The notes under the pieces are model-generated. The model was not told where the DNA came from. It made no database searches and saw only the letters and a program-made list of their open reading frames with translations. This document shows, piece after piece, positions 36,223-47,563 of a DNA stretch of 64,000 bases (position 1 is its first letter; the number at the start of each line of letters is the position of its first letter). The stretch lies in the sequence record NC_015933.1; one strand, written 5' to 3'. Both the position numbers and the translations under genes were made by a program. Origin of the DNA: Escherichia phage vB_EcoP_G7C.

Positions 36223-39200
36223 TTAGTTTACTAAGTTCATCCAAGGGTTTAGGTTGTGAGCACGAAGCCCCTGACCAAAGCCCCATGAGTAATCCAGACT
36301 ACCCTTAGCAGCAATACTAAAGATGTTGTCCTGAATAGGTAAGCCAACGTTACCAAACATGGTAGGAGTTGGAGCCAGCATCGCCATTGCTGCATGTACT
36401 GGGTTATTGCGAATCATGGACACTGCAACCTTAGCTGAACGAATCTTAAAGTTGTAGAACCACATTAAACCAACGCTTTCCATATACCCACGGAAACGGC
36501 CCGGCAGACGGTCATAGTTAATGAACTCTTCGGTTACACGTCCCAGTGCTTCTTCACGAGTCTTACCTTTACGCTGGGTCAATTCATCATAGATGATTGC
36601 TTTAGCGATAAAGTCAGAGTACTCAACCGTCTTCTGGATACCCTGGAACAGAGCAGTATCCTTAGTGATAAGTGCATAACGACCAGCAGCACGTACAGAC
36701 TTAGGTAACTTATCCGCCAGCTTTTCCATGTATTCGTGAAGTTTACCTTCAGTAATCAGGATGTCATCACGACCAATACCAGCATCTGCAATTGAAGAGA
36801 ACTCACCAGCTTCTATCAGAGGCCAGATACTCATACGCTTATGGCTATCAGTAATGGACTGAATCTCAGCCTTAAGTTTACGAATCTGGTTCGGGTTAGT
36901 AGCTGCACGTAATTCTGCTTCTGCATCTACCTGACGTAAACGAGATTTAAGGTATTGGTTAATCTCAGCAGTCTTCCGTGGAATGCTCTTAGCAATGTTC
37001 TTAACCGGTACACCACGAGCAACCATCTGGTAAAGGTTAGCCAAAAAGTTAACAACAGGTACGACTACTGACTTAACTACAATCAGAGTCTTAGCATCTT
37101 TAACTAAATTTTGAACCAGGTTCTCACCACCCATTAAGTACTTATAGGCACGGTTACCGGCTAAACCCAGAATAGCTTTTTTAAAAGTATTAAGCGTTTC
37201 CGGGGACCAACGAGAATTACCAGACCAAGCATCACCAATCGAAGCTGCACGATAGCCAAGTGCATCATTCAGCATGTCACGACGTACCCACAGTTCACCC
37301 TCACCAAACAGTTTTTCTGCTTTCCGTCGAGTTTCACTGTTCATCAGCTTAAGAGCATCAGCAGTTACTGGGTCCAGTTTAGAACCAAAAAGGTTCACGT
37401 ACTGGGACTTATTAGCAGCAGACATCTTAATGTCTTCCTTGTACATGCTATACAGGTTCTCAATCAGCATATCATTGAAACGCTGAGCCTTAGCTTCTTC
37501 CACCTGACGTCCACGCCATACACCAATTGCACGGGCAAGATGATTTTCACCTTCAATATGCTTCAGCATATTAGGGTTAATTGATTGCTCATAAGCAACC
37601 ACATCACCTTTAGCATTATATACAGGCAGCAGTGGTTCATTACCACGTTCACCACGAGCTAGTGCTTTAGCGATACGGTCTACAGAAGGCTTGTCAGTAA
37701 TACGACCAGCTACCATGGAACCCATAGTAAAGCCTGTACCGAGGTCTACACCACCAGCAGTATTACGAACGTTCTGTAGAATACCTTGTGAGAACGGAGC
37801 CTGTGCCTGTACTGGGGCAAAGTAGTAGCTACGTGCCAGACCTCGGTTAGCAGAGCTACCTTGATAAGTACCCAGACGAACATAGGACTTCTCTATCAAA
37901 TCACCAAACTCGCTATCTTCAGCAACAACCAGACTAACACCCTGTTTAGTCTCACTAGGGATATACCCTTTGTACTGGTTCAGGGTTGCACGCATATCAG
38001 ACTTGGCTTTAGCCATTTCATCTTTACGCTGCCCAACCAGGTAAGAAGTAGCAAAGTCCATTCCCTCAACTTCTGTCTGAGCCAGTGAAGATAACATCTC
38101 ACGGTCGGACTTGTTCATTGCTTCCAGTGCATACAGGGTAATAAGTTTATCCAGTTGAGCTACATCTACAATAGAACGAGTAGTCTTACGTTCACCCAGC
38201 ATACGAGAGATTGCAGTAGCATTACGCAGCAAGTTTTTACCGACTGTGCCATTAATCATGTACTGAGCCAGTTGCTTAGATTTACGGTTAATCAGAGGCC
38301 AGTTACGACCAGCTTGTTTCTGCAAATCTGCTTCCAGCTTATTCACTTCACGGTCAACAATCTTCTGGTCTGAAAGCAGGTCACGAATTTCAGCCAGAGA
38401 CATGGTGTCACGCAGGACAGCTAAGTCAGTTTTACCCATACCAGTGTACATTGCTTTCCACTCATCCTTAGTCAGCTTACGGCTGAACTTAGATGCGATA
38501 GTGGTAGGCAGGTGTTCACGGAACTGCTGACGGTCAGCCTGCACCTGTGCACGGACTGCTTTAATCAAATCGTATACAGAAGCATTGCTCTTAGTACGAC
38601 CGGTTAAATCATTAACCAGGTCATGGAAAGGTTGCCATACTTTACCCTGGTTCATTGCAACCATAACGCCTTCAGCTACGTTTGCACCATTCTTCTCTGT
38701 AGCAATAGCAGCCATTAGTTGTGCAGCATGAGCAGCACCTTTGACCAATGGGTTCTTGGTATTAGCTGCAACTTCACGAGCACTTTCTAAAACACGAGTA
38801 GACAGTACATCAATAGAGTCCACCAAATACTGGTTAGCACGGTCAATAGCATTACCACTAGGAGTAGCAACGGAATCATAGAATGACTGTGCATTTAGGC
38901 TAGTCTGCATGATTGTTTGAGCCAGTGCATCCATACCTTCCTGTACGTTGGTAGCTTTGGTATCACCTGCTACACGAGCATTCAGACTAGCCATTGCAGC
39001 AGTACCAATGTTAGTCAGCATTGCATCAACGGTATTCCCAGATTTCTTATCTGCTTTCATAACAGGAATGTTAGCCAGTACGTTACGTACCTCTTCACTT
39101 ACCATTGCCAGACCAACAAAGGTAGGCAGTATTGAAGAACGACCCTGTGCATCAAACTCAATATTGTTAGCACCCATGATGGTATCGAACTTCTGCTGTG

Positions 39201-42200
39201 CATAGTAACGGTCAGCAGGGTTAGTACTATCTGGGTCAGTCATGAATGATTCAACAGTCAGGTTCTTAGTAACGTGTGCATAGTATTCCTGTGCACGAGA
39301 AAGAGCAGCCGGACTAATAGCAGCTTCAGTAGCGAGTGCAGCAACAATGTTAGTAAAGAGACGCTGCTCCTGCATATTCATAGTGAAGCCATGAGCCTGA
39401 ACATCACGGGTTACTTTAGTTGCGTGCTTTTTCGCATCAGAGAACTTACCTTCACGGATTACTTGCTGTACTGGTTCTGAACCAATGTAGTTAGTAATCA
39501 GCTTATCAAATGTCTGTCCTAACTCTTCCAGACGGGTATTGTCACCATATGCTTTGTTATGGAACAAAGTAGTATCTTTGGCTACAGCAGCAGTAGGAGC
39601 CTGCCCACGCATAACAACTGAAGAGTTAAACAGTAAGCCAGAGAACATATCATCAGCATTAGCAGGTGCTTCTTCACGACCAAATACCAGTCGCTTGATT
39701 GCTTCATATACAGACTGAATCATAACTTTCAGTGCTGTGGTCTTCTTCTGCTTACTAATTAGCTCCTGGTTAGTTAAACCCCATGCCATGTACTCATTTA
39801 ATGCAGCAGCTTTAGCTATTGCTGGTTCAATATAGCCATTAGACAAGTAGCCGTTAATGGTATAGAGGGCATCGGCATATGCTTCACGTACTTCCGGAGA
39901 TTCATCCTTAACATCCAGAGCAAGGAACTGGTTCATCAGGTCTTCGATATTCTGGACTGCTTCGTTAGGAGTACCCTCATAGTGAGCCAGTACAGATTCA
40001 AAAGTAGAAGCATGTACCAATTCATGAACCAGAGTCTCTAAGGAAGGGGTGACTAAGTAGATGGTCTTATCATCAAAGTTAGTCCAGCCGTATGTATTAC
40101 CTGCTTCGGCAGCTTCAATATCTTCTGGTGCTGGACGGGTAATGTTCTTCTCAATAGCGTAAGCATCCAATTGAGCAGGAGTACCGTAAACAACCTTGTA
40201 GTCTTTAGCAGCAAGGGATTTCTGTACTTCTTTCAATACTGCTTGCTGTTCAGGAGACATTTCTTTAGCCAGCTTAGTGATAGCAGTATTAGACAACAGA
40301 CGTACACCAGACTTAAGTACACGACCAACTTGTTCCATTGCTGGCACTTCTTTAACAGGTGCTTCTTTCACTGGTTCTGCTTTAGCAGCACGTACTGCAT
40401 CACGACGCTTGTTTAATTCAGCATCGAACAGTTCGTTCAGCTTAGCTACTTGCTGGTCTACAGTCAGACCTTCCAGAGAAATTTTACCGTTGTTCACATA
40501 TGGAGCACCTACAGCAGCCATCTGGTCAACAGTAGTCTGTACTTGGTTCATTACTTTGTGGCGAATATCTACACCCAGAGCAATGTTTCGCAAGTTACGC
40601 TCAATGAGGTTAACACCGGAATTCTTAATCATATCAATCTTATACTGCCTGTCCCCTTCAACACGACTGATATGAGAAAGCTGTTCAAAATCTAAAGCGG
40701 AACGGGCAATGTCATCAATTGTCTTATCCGACAACTTATCAAAGTCTACGTTCTTCATGAACTTAGAGAAGGAGTCATACACGTTCTTAATAGGGTTGCC
40801 CTGCCAAGAAGTATATACAGCCTCGTTAGCTTTACGACTTGCATCAGTGATGTCACTGATACCAATGTTCATACCATCAAAGATTTTCAGGGTATTCTTA
40901 GGAGCACCTTTCATAGTAGAAAGGGTCTGCATCATCATGCCATCACCAGTACCAATGGTCATAAACGGAATACCTGCAACACCTGCTTGTGAAGGAGCAT
41001 AGATGCTCATTGGCACACGCATACGGTCATCTAAGTTGGTAGCCAGTACTTGGTTAGCAACGTCAGTACTCTCACTGCCAGCAAGGTAGAAAGTCTGTGA
41101 GCCAGTCTCAATCATTGGGGCCAGTGGAGATAATGATTCCTGGATTTCATTCAGTTCTTTCTGTGTTAAGAAATCACCCTTCTTCCAGGTTGGGTCTTTT
41201 TCTTTTTCTGCTAGCTTAGTCTGTACTGCTTGTTGGAACATATCCTGCAATACCAGAGACTGAATCTGAGTAGCCTTCTGCAAGTTCTCAGTAGAGTACA
41301 TCAGACCTTCACCAACAGTATTACGGATACCGGTACGCATTGGTTCAACGAACAAATGGAGCATGTTCTCTTGTAAGTTCTTCAGAGCATTACCGGATAC
41401 GGTAAATTTCTGAGGGTTTAACTTACCAGTCAGAGCACCATCTACTTCCTTAATAAATAACTTACCTTTGCGCTTAGCTGGAATTTTACCAGTCAGTGCT
41501 TCCATAGAAGTAAGGAAAGTATCCAGCATAGCCTGAGCATCAGCCTCAGACGCAGCCTCCTTACCAAACATTGCCATAGCCGGGGAAATGCTAGGGTCAG
41601 CAGCACGTGCTTGCAGAACGTCGCTGAAGCGTTCGTAGATGGTGTCAGTAATTGCACCGACTATATTACCAGCAATACCACGTGCACCAGCACCATAGAT
41701 GGTAATGGTAAGCGGGTTTTTAGCGATACCACGTTTCAGGTCCAGAGTACCATCTTCATTCAGGTTAAAGTCTTTAATGAACAGGTCCATTAACTTCTGG
41801 AGATGATTTATCTGGTTTATAACTGGAACGTTGTTACGGTAAGTAGTACGTAACGCATTCAGTGCTTGTTGCAGACCATTGGTAGATGCTTCATACAAGT
41901 CAACATTATCGTCGATAGAACAATGTTCGTTCATCGTTTTACCAGCACGACCGAAGAACAAACCACCTTTGGCAGTATTCTTAATCCAGTCTGGGGTGAA
42001 CTTACCACCAGTCATTAATACCATTGCGTTGATTGGGCCGTTGGTTACACCATCAGCTTCAACGTACAGAGGGGTAGTAAAATTAGCACGGTCATCACTG
42101 TTCAGGTAACGGGCATATTCCATCAGGGCCATGAGAGCTACGAAGGATTTGTTATCACCCAGAGAGGTTTTCAGAATATCTACTGCATCAGTAGGTAAAT

Positions 42201-45200
42201 AACCAGACTTATCAAACTCAACCATCATATCAACAGCAGGTTTCAAATTACCTTCCAGAGCTTTGGTCAGATTTTCAGACATAGCTTCACGGGACATTTT
42301 ATGTACCTTGATGCCCAATGCCTGAGCCAGACCTAACTGGAAGTCAGAGAATGCTTGGCTGTTTTCATTACTCAAGTCGATAGTGGAGAAGGTTGGCAGA
42401 ATTGCTTCACGAACCAGTTTACTGGATTGTGGGTTATTCTTACCAAGCATCTGCATACGACCTACACGGGTCATGTTGTAACCGTAGTGAATGGGGGTAT
42501 CCAAACCATTCTCTTGTTCTTTTAGCTGATTAATTAAACCGAACAAAGAATCATATGCCATAGATACCGATAAGTTCTTACCTTCCAGAGATTTGGCAGT
42601 GTTTTCATTCAGCAAATCAGGATTAAGAGAACCAGCACCCATCAGTTCCAGAATGCCGTCTCGGCCTAATGCTTCATAGAAGTTAACCATCGGCATGTGT
42701 ACACGGAACTCCGTAGCCTGTTCAGCTTTCAAAGCAGCTTTCTGTTCCGGGGTATTCCTAACAGCAGGGTTACGTAACTGAGTTTGAGCCACGGAAGGAA
42801 TGTCATCACCGAAGTACGTTTTCTCTTCCGGATTTACCAGCACAGCTTCCTCAATTGCTGTAGGGAAATTATTAATAGGGTCTTTATCTGCCAACTTATT
42901 AATAGTGTACAGACCAATAGTCTTATTAGAGTCCGGGTCAATCTCAGACACATCCAGCATAGTCTCAGTAACTGCACCCATCTCGATGAGGGAAGACAGA
43001 ATCTCTGTAGCCATTGCCGCTGGAATACCCTTGGTATAACCCAGTGGTGCATTAGGGTTACGGTTTAAACCCCAGTAGGATTCAATCTTTTGAGCCAGTG
43101 AGTTAGTAGCCTCAACCAGAGTCTGGGCATTCTCAAACTCAGTCAGAATACTTTCTGGTAACAGAGATGCATCTACACCAGTAATAGCAGCCACGTCTTT
43201 CATGTCTTTAATGGCAGCATTCTGTGTAGCAGTCAGTCGCCATTGCAGACCGGCAAGTACAGCAGTCTCTAACAACTGATCATTGAACTTAAAGGTATCT
43301 CCATCTTTCTCTACGATGTTAAGTAACTTACCACTTACCCAACGGTTAGCTTCAGTACCTTCTGCAAAACGTTTACCAACGTTCTTATTAGCAAGGAACT
43401 TAGCCAGTCGTTTAGACAGAGTAGCCTTCAGAGTTTCCCCAAAGTCCATCAAGTCTTGATAGCGTTCTAACACATCACCTGCGAGAACGTTATTTTCTTT
43501 TTGAGTGAATGCTTCAAAGCGAGCAGCAGAAGACAGTGCTTTCTTGATATCAGCCAAAGGAGATTCAGAACCAATGGTACGGGACTTAGGTTCTTCCGGT
43601 AGGGTAAATGCCTTCAGGAACTGGTTCGGTGTCTTCTCATTGTTATAGACAGGGAACACTGCTTCCATTCCAGAAAGAGGTTTGCCACCCACTGTATAGT
43701 CTGCTTTCAGCTGAGCCAGTGATACCTCATCTTCCTCCACGTTGTTAGTGTTAAGACCAGAGGTATCTACACCAACCAGAATATGTGCATTATTGGCTTC
43801 AACGAAAGATTGAACAGTATTGAATTGTTCAGCAGTCAGTTTCTGATCATCGAACAGCTGTAAGGACACAAACGGTTGTTCGCTGCCTTTATAGAACATA
43901 GAGCGAATAGCACCTGTATCCAGAGACATATCACGATAACCATCATGACCAAATACATCGGACAGGCTGATATGGTCGCCATTAGAGCCAACCACAGTAC
44001 CATCAGCAAACAGCCATGGACTCTCTCTACGATCACCATACTTATTAAGAGTTTCCTGTGAAATAGTATTTTCTTTCACATAAGCATCTCTTTCAGATTC
44101 GGTAGGTTGCTCGATGGTATCCTCATTAGTAAGGGTAGCATCATCTACAACCGGGCTAGCCTTTTCAGACTTAGGTACTTTCTCTTCCTGTACAGGTGTA
44201 ACTTCTGGCTGGGAGAATGTATTACGTACATAGTTCATAAAATCATTACGTGCTTGGGAAGGGGAAGACCATACTTCCCGTGTGCTACGTAAACTAAAGA
44301 TTCGACCTTCAGGAGTCATTACGTAAGGTACATTTGTTTTACCGTACTTAAATGAAGTGAGTACATCTGACTTACCAGTAACAGTGCTTTCCCCTGGAAT
44401 GACAATAGTCTTACCACCAGTAGAAGGAACAGCACGAACACCCTCAATATCCTTACCAAGAGAAATATACTCTTTACCGTTGTAATCAAAGTACTGACCT
44501 ATCTGCATATAGGTAGCTTGTTGCTTACCAGTAAACTCAGCAGTTTTCATCTCCGGGCCGTTAGGTACAGACGTACTTTCAGACTTAGGCTTAGATACTT
44601 TCTCTGGTTCTGACTTAGACTCTACAGTGTTAGGGGCAGTCTCTTTTGCTTCGACTGGTGCAGTTTTTGACTGTACAGTAATGGCTGGTTCCTGTGTTTT
44701 TACAGGTGTTTCATCAACCTGATTCACTGGTTCATTAGTCTGTTGGGACTGAGTGGCATTAAGACCACCTTGACGGAACTCTTTAACTACCTGGGCAGCT
44801 GGCTTGTTCAGACGTGAATCCAACGAGGTAACTTTCACATGAGAAACATTAAGCTCCGGGTAAGCCGTAGCAAGTGCATTAGCAATATCAGCTACGGTTT
44901 TGGCCTCCAGTGCTACTTGCTGGGCAAACTTAACAGACTTGGTATCATAAGGATTAACACCGAGGCCAGTACGACTACGTACCCATTCACGGGTAGGCGT
45001 GAGAGCCTGATAATGAACAGACTTATTCTTATCCGCATTCCCCGAAATCAGATGCTCATTCAACGCTCCGACCTTATTCTGCATGTGCTGGGCGAACTTC
45101 ATAAAATCGCTCAGATAAGCGGAAGCCAAATCGAAGTTACCAGAGTTATACGCAGAACGAATGCGTTTCGCATGTTGCAACGCAGAGTACTGTCCTTCAT

Positions 45201-47487
45201 TAGAACGAGACTCGTCGGTTTTAATCTGTTTACTAACAATGTCTTGAGGACGTAAGCCCAGTTCTTCTGCTTTAGCATCATACTCACGTGCACCCTGTAA
45301 CAGAGCAGCAGCTGATTGCAGGGCAGCACGTTGACGATTATTCAGTGTAATCTTACCTTCACTTGCGTGCTTCAGAACCATGTTCACTGAATCTGCATCC
45401 AGTACTTCTGGAGACACATCAGCAGCCATAGCAATGTTGTTTGCTTGGGCTTGATTAGCTTCTTCAGTAGCTTTCAGTTTACCTGCTTCAGCTTGTTCCT
45501 GAATCATGGAATGGATGGCACGGAATGCACGAAGTACTTTAGGGGTATTCTGTATGTTAGCCATCAGGCCGGAGAACTGGTCTACGATTGCAGCAGCAGG
45601 AGAACCTTGTTCCAGATTAGCCAGAGCACCTGGGTCACGGTTAATGAAGCTATCCATAGACATGATGTTGTCATACATCTGGATTGCAGCTTCCATTTGA
45701 ACGTCAGGGTCTTCAGCAGTATTAACCAAGTCAGCCATCTTCTGAATAGCTTCCACACGGTTAGTGGAACCAGAAACAGCTTCACGGATTACTGGGTTGG
45801 CTTGTTCCAATTCTACTGGGTCAAACTTCATTGCCTGAGTCAAGTCAGCAGCATACTGGGTAGCAGCAGCTTTCTCTTCTGGAGTGATATCCATTGCATC
45901 TACTGCTTCCTGTACGGTTGCCTGTGCTTGTTCTGCCTGAGCAACAGCTTCCTGTGCAGCAGCATTAACCGTAGCATCGGCTACAGGGGATGCTTGTTCA
46001 TTACGCTTAGCAACTTCTTCCCCACGTTGAACCAGGATGTTAGTAAGAGGAGATGCAGCTTTTGCTAATGTTTTACCAACCAGAGAAGCACCAGCCAGAG
46101 TGGTACGAAGAGCAGGTCCAGCAGCAGCACCGGCAGCTTTAACAGTTGCACCAGGAGCCTGAGCAACACCAGCACTACCGAAGCCATAGAGTGCACCAAG
46201 ACCCGCTTGCTCACCGACACCTTTGAGGGTATCTCGGGATGCATCAACATTTTCCTTGATTGCACGGTTCTGTGCGAACTGACCAAAGCCTGATTGAGTA
46301 CCCTCTTCAAAAGTCTGAGCACCAAGGTTAGTAAGAGCTGCCCCAGCAGAACCAACCCTCATGGGGTTAAGTTCAAACTTAGATACTAACGGACCCATAG
46401 CAGCAGCAACTGGGGCAGTTAAGGCAGCAGCAATGATACCCGTTTCAGATGCAGTCTGACGACGTGCTTCATCAGGAGATAAACCATCAGCAATATGTTG
46501 TTGGTAAACAGGAGACTTACTTGCCAGTTCTGGATGGGACATCTTCATGATTTCAGAAGCAGTCTGTTGGTATGCACCCCCGGCTTCCATGCCACCGATT
46601 GCAATAGCAGGTGCAGCAACACGACCAGTAGACAATGCAACCTGTGCAGGACGTGAACCCAACCCAGCAGCTAAGGTAATACCCTTAACAGCTTTATCAC
46701 CACCTACCATTACTTTACCGAGTGCAGATACACCACGAATAAGTGGACCACCAGTAAAGAGGGAACCGACACCCTCACTCAGTCCATCTGAGGCAGCCAT
46801 ACCATTATCAAGTGTGTTAGCAACAGAGTCGAAAGCATCACGACCAATACGAGACAGGGAGGCAACCAAATCACTCTCCCCGTTTTTGATGTCCTGTTCA
46901 TAGAGTTTCTGGTTCTTTTGAGCAGAAATCTGGTTCTGATTCTGAACAACTTTACGGGTAGCATTCAGTGCATCAGACTGTAGATTGTGTACGCCTTCAT
47001 TCAGCCAATCCATCCCGGAAGCAATGGTTGCCCCGGCATTATCATTGACCAGACCTGCGCCAAGAGCAGCAATGCCCCCAAGGGTATTAGCAACACCAAG
47101 ACCAACACCAGAAAGAGTATCGCCAAATGCTTCTGCGTTAGTACGCTGTTTAGATAAGTCCTGACGTACAGCATCCGCAGCATTAGCTCGGCTATTAAGA
47201 ATCTGTAAACCTTGCTCATTACCGTACTTATTAATGATTTCTAATGGGGAGGCTTGAGTGAAGTCTGCCTGAAGTGAACCTGGTTCGAATGCACCGATTC
47301 CAAGATTACCTACTCGTCCAGTCTGGAGAGTGTAAGCATTCTCTGGGGTTAATTGGAAAGGGCTTTGCCCTTGTGCAGCTTGCTTCTGAGAGGTTGCAGT
47401 AGAGACATCGACTTGCTTAGCATTAGTGATGCTGTCTGCGAAACCTGCCAGACGGTCAAATGTTGACATAGCATGTTTCCTGTTCAA
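36223..47487 (-). CDS. Virion-encapsidated giant RNA polymerase (vRNAP), N4 gp50-like
   Basis: Single 3754-aa ORF, the size class unique to N4-type vRNAP; located at the distal end of the minus-strand structural cluster; matching promoter hairpins in the early region. Confidence 0.85.
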   Translation of the reverse strand: MNRKHAMSTFDRLAGFADSITNAKQVDVSTATSQKQAAQGQSPFQLTPENAYTLQTGRVGNLGIGAFEPGSLQADFTQASPLEIINKYGNEQGLQILNSRANAADAVRQDLSKQRTNAEAFGDTLSGVGLGVANTLGGIAALGAGLVNDNAGATIASGMDWLNEGVHNLQSDALNATRKVVQNQNQISAQKNQKLYEQDIKNGESDLVASLSRIGRDAFDSVANTLDNGMAASDGLSEGVGSLFTGGPLIRGVSALGKVMVGGDKAVKGITLAAGLGSRPAQVALSTGRVAAPAIAIGGMEAGGAYQQTASEIMKMSHPELASKSPVYQQHIADGLSPDEARRQTASETGIIAAALTAPVAAAMGPLVSKFELNPMRVGSAGAALTNLGAQTFEEGTQSGFGQFAQNRAIKENVDASRDTLKGVGEQAGLGALYGFGSAGVAQAPGATVKAAGAAAGPALRTTLAGASLVGKTLAKAASPLTNILVQRGEEVAKRNEQASPVADATVNAAAQEAVAQAEQAQATVQEAVDAMDITPEEKAAATQYAADLTQAMKFDPVELEQANPVIREAVSGSTNRVEAIQKMADLVNTAEDPDVQMEAAIQMYDNIMSMDSFINRDPGALANLEQGSPAAAIVDQFSGLMANIQNTPKVLRAFRAIHSMIQEQAEAGKLKATEEANQAQANNIAMAADVSPEVLDADSVNMVLKHASEGKITLNNRQRAALQSAAALLQGAREYDAKAEELGLRPQDIVSKQIKTDESRSNEGQYSALQHAKRIRSAYNSGNFDLASAYLSDFMKFAQHMQNKVGALNEHLISGNADKNKSVHYQALTPTREWVRSRTGLGVNPYDTKSVKFAQQVALEAKTVADIANALATAYPELNVSHVKVTSLDSRLNKPAAQVVKEFRQGGLNATQSQQTNEPVNQVDETPVKTQEPAITVQSKTAPVEAKETAPNTVESKSEPEKVSKPKSESTSVPNGPEMKTAEFTGKQQATYMQIGQYFDYNGKEYISLGKDIEGVRAVPSTGGKTIVIPGESTVTGKSDVLTSFKYGKTNVPYVMTPEGRIFSLRSTREVWSSPSQARNDFMNYVRNTFSQPEVTPVQEEKVPKSEKASPVVDDATLTNEDTIEQPTESERDAYVKENTISQETLNKYGDRRESPWLFADGTVVGSNGDHISLSDVFGHDGYRDMSLDTGAIRSMFYKGSEQPFVSLQLFDDQKLTAEQFNTVQSFVEANNAHILVGVDTSGLNTNNVEEDEVSLAQLKADYTVGGKPLSGMEAVFPVYNNEKTPNQFLKAFTLPEEPKSRTIGSESPLADIKKALSSAARFEAFTQKENNVLAGDVLERYQDLMDFGETLKATLSKRLAKFLANKNVGKRFAEGTEANRWVSGKLLNIVEKDGDTFKFNDQLLETAVLAGLQWRLTATQNAAIKDMKDVAAITGVDASLLPESILTEFENAQTLVEATNSLAQKIESYWGLNRNPNAPLGYTKGIPAAMATEILSSLIEMGAVTETMLDVSEIDPDSNKTIGLYTINKLADKDPINNFPTAIEEAVLVNPEEKTYFGDDIPSVAQTQLRNPAVRNTPEQKAALKAEQATEFRVHMPMVNFYEALGRDGILELMGAGSLNPDLLNENTAKSLEGKNLSVSMAYDSLFGLINQLKEQENGLDTPIHYGYNMTRVGRMQMLGKNNPQSSKLVREAILPTFSTIDLSNENSQAFSDFQLGLAQALGIKVHKMSREAMSENLTKALEGNLKPAVDMMVEFDKSGYLPTDAVDILKTSLGDNKSFVALMALMEYARYLNSDDRANFTTPLYVEADGVTNGPINAMVLMTGGKFTPDWIKNTAKGGLFFGRAGKTMNEHCSIDDNVDLYEASTNGLQQALNALRTTYRNNVPVINQINHLQKLMDLFIKDFNLNEDGTLDLKRGIAKNPLTITIYGAGARGIAGNIVGAITDTIYERFSDVLQARAADPSISPAMAMFGKEAASEADAQAMLDTFLTSMEALTGKIPAKRKGKLFIKEVDGALTGKLNPQKFTVSGNALKNLQENMLHLFVEPMRTGIRNTVGEGLMYSTENLQKATQIQSLVLQDMFQQAVQTKLAEKEKDPTWKKGDFLTQKELNEIQESLSPLAPMIETGSQTFYLAGSESTDVANQVLATNLDDRMRVPMSIYAPSQAGVAGIPFMTIGTGDGMMMQTLSTMKGAPKNTLKIFDGMNIGISDITDASRKANEAVYTSWQGNPIKNVYDSFSKFMKNVDFDKLSDKTIDDIARSALDFEQLSHISRVEGDRQYKIDMIKNSGVNLIERNLRNIALGVDIRHKVMNQVQTTVDQMAAVGAPYVNNGKISLEGLTVDQQVAKLNELFDAELNKRRDAVRAAKAEPVKEAPVKEVPAMEQVGRVLKSGVRLLSNTAITKLAKEMSPEQQAVLKEVQKSLAAKDYKVVYGTPAQLDAYAIEKNITRPAPEDIEAAEAGNTYGWTNFDDKTIYLVTPSLETLVHELVHASTFESVLAHYEGTPNEAVQNIEDLMNQFLALDVKDESPEVREAYADALYTINGYLSNGYIEPAIAKAAALNEYMAWGLTNQELISKQKKTTALKVMIQSVYEAIKRLVFGREEAPANADDMFSGLLFNSSVVMRGQAPTAAVAKDTTLFHNKAYGDNTRLEELGQTFDKLITNYIGSEPVQQVIREGKFSDAKKHATKVTRDVQAHGFTMNMQEQRLFTNIVAALATEAAISPAALSRAQEYYAHVTKNLTVESFMTDPDSTNPADRYYAQQKFDTIMGANNIEFDAQGRSSILPTFVGLAMVSEEVRNVLANIPVMKADKKSGNTVDAMLTNIGTAAMASLNARVAGDTKATNVQEGMDALAQTIMQTSLNAQSFYDSVATPSGNAIDRANQYLVDSIDVLSTRVLESAREVAANTKNPLVKGAAHAAQLMAAIATEKNGANVAEGVMVAMNQGKVWQPFHDLVNDLTGRTKSNASVYDLIKAVRAQVQADRQQFREHLPTTIASKFSRKLTKDEWKAMYTGMGKTDLAVLRDTMSLAEIRDLLSDQKIVDREVNKLEADLQKQAGRNWPLINRKSKQLAQYMINGTVGKNLLRNATAISRMLGERKTTRSIVDVAQLDKLITLYALEAMNKSDREMLSSLAQTEVEGMDFATSYLVGQRKDEMAKAKSDMRATLNQYKGYIPSETKQGVSLVVAEDSEFGDLIEKSYVRLGTYQGSSANRGLARSYYFAPVQAQAPFSQGILQNVRNTAGGVDLGTGFTMGSMVAGRITDKPSVDRIAKALARGERGNEPLLPVYNAKGDVVAYEQSINPNMLKHIEGENHLARAIGVWRGRQVEEAKAQRFNDMLIENLYSMYKEDIKMSAANKSQYVNLFGSKLDPVTADALKLMNSETRRKAEKLFGEGELWVRRDMLNDALGYRAASIGDAWSGNSRWSPETLNTFKKAILGLAGNRAYKYLMGGENLVQNLVKDAKTLIVVKSVVVPVVNFLANLYQMVARGVPVKNIAKSIPRKTAEINQYLKSRLRQVDAEAELRAATNPNQIRKLKAEIQSITDSHKRMSIWPLIEAGEFSSIADAGIGRDDILITEGKLHEYMEKLADKLPKSVRAAGRYALITKDTALFQGIQKTVEYSDFIAKAIIYDELTQRKGKTREEALGRVTEEFINYDRLPGRFRGYMESVGLMWFYNFKIRSAKVAVSMIRNNPVHAAMAMLAPTPTMFGNVGLPIQDNIFSIAAKGSLDYSWGFGQGLRAHNLNPWMNLVN

Positions 47488-47563
47488 ACTTATATCGTAT
47501 ATAGGTAACTTACTCTACAGTAAGCCAGTTAAAGAAAAAAGCCCCGTAGGGCTTTTATTAGTA

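Noticed and set aside
37274-46903. Numerous 60-200 aa + strand ORFs inside the vRNAP gene (for example 45445..46068 and 40277..40675)
   Set aside because: All lie antisense within the single 11.3-kb minus-strand reading frame and have Cys/Ser/Leu-rich low-complexity translations typical of antisense artefacts.
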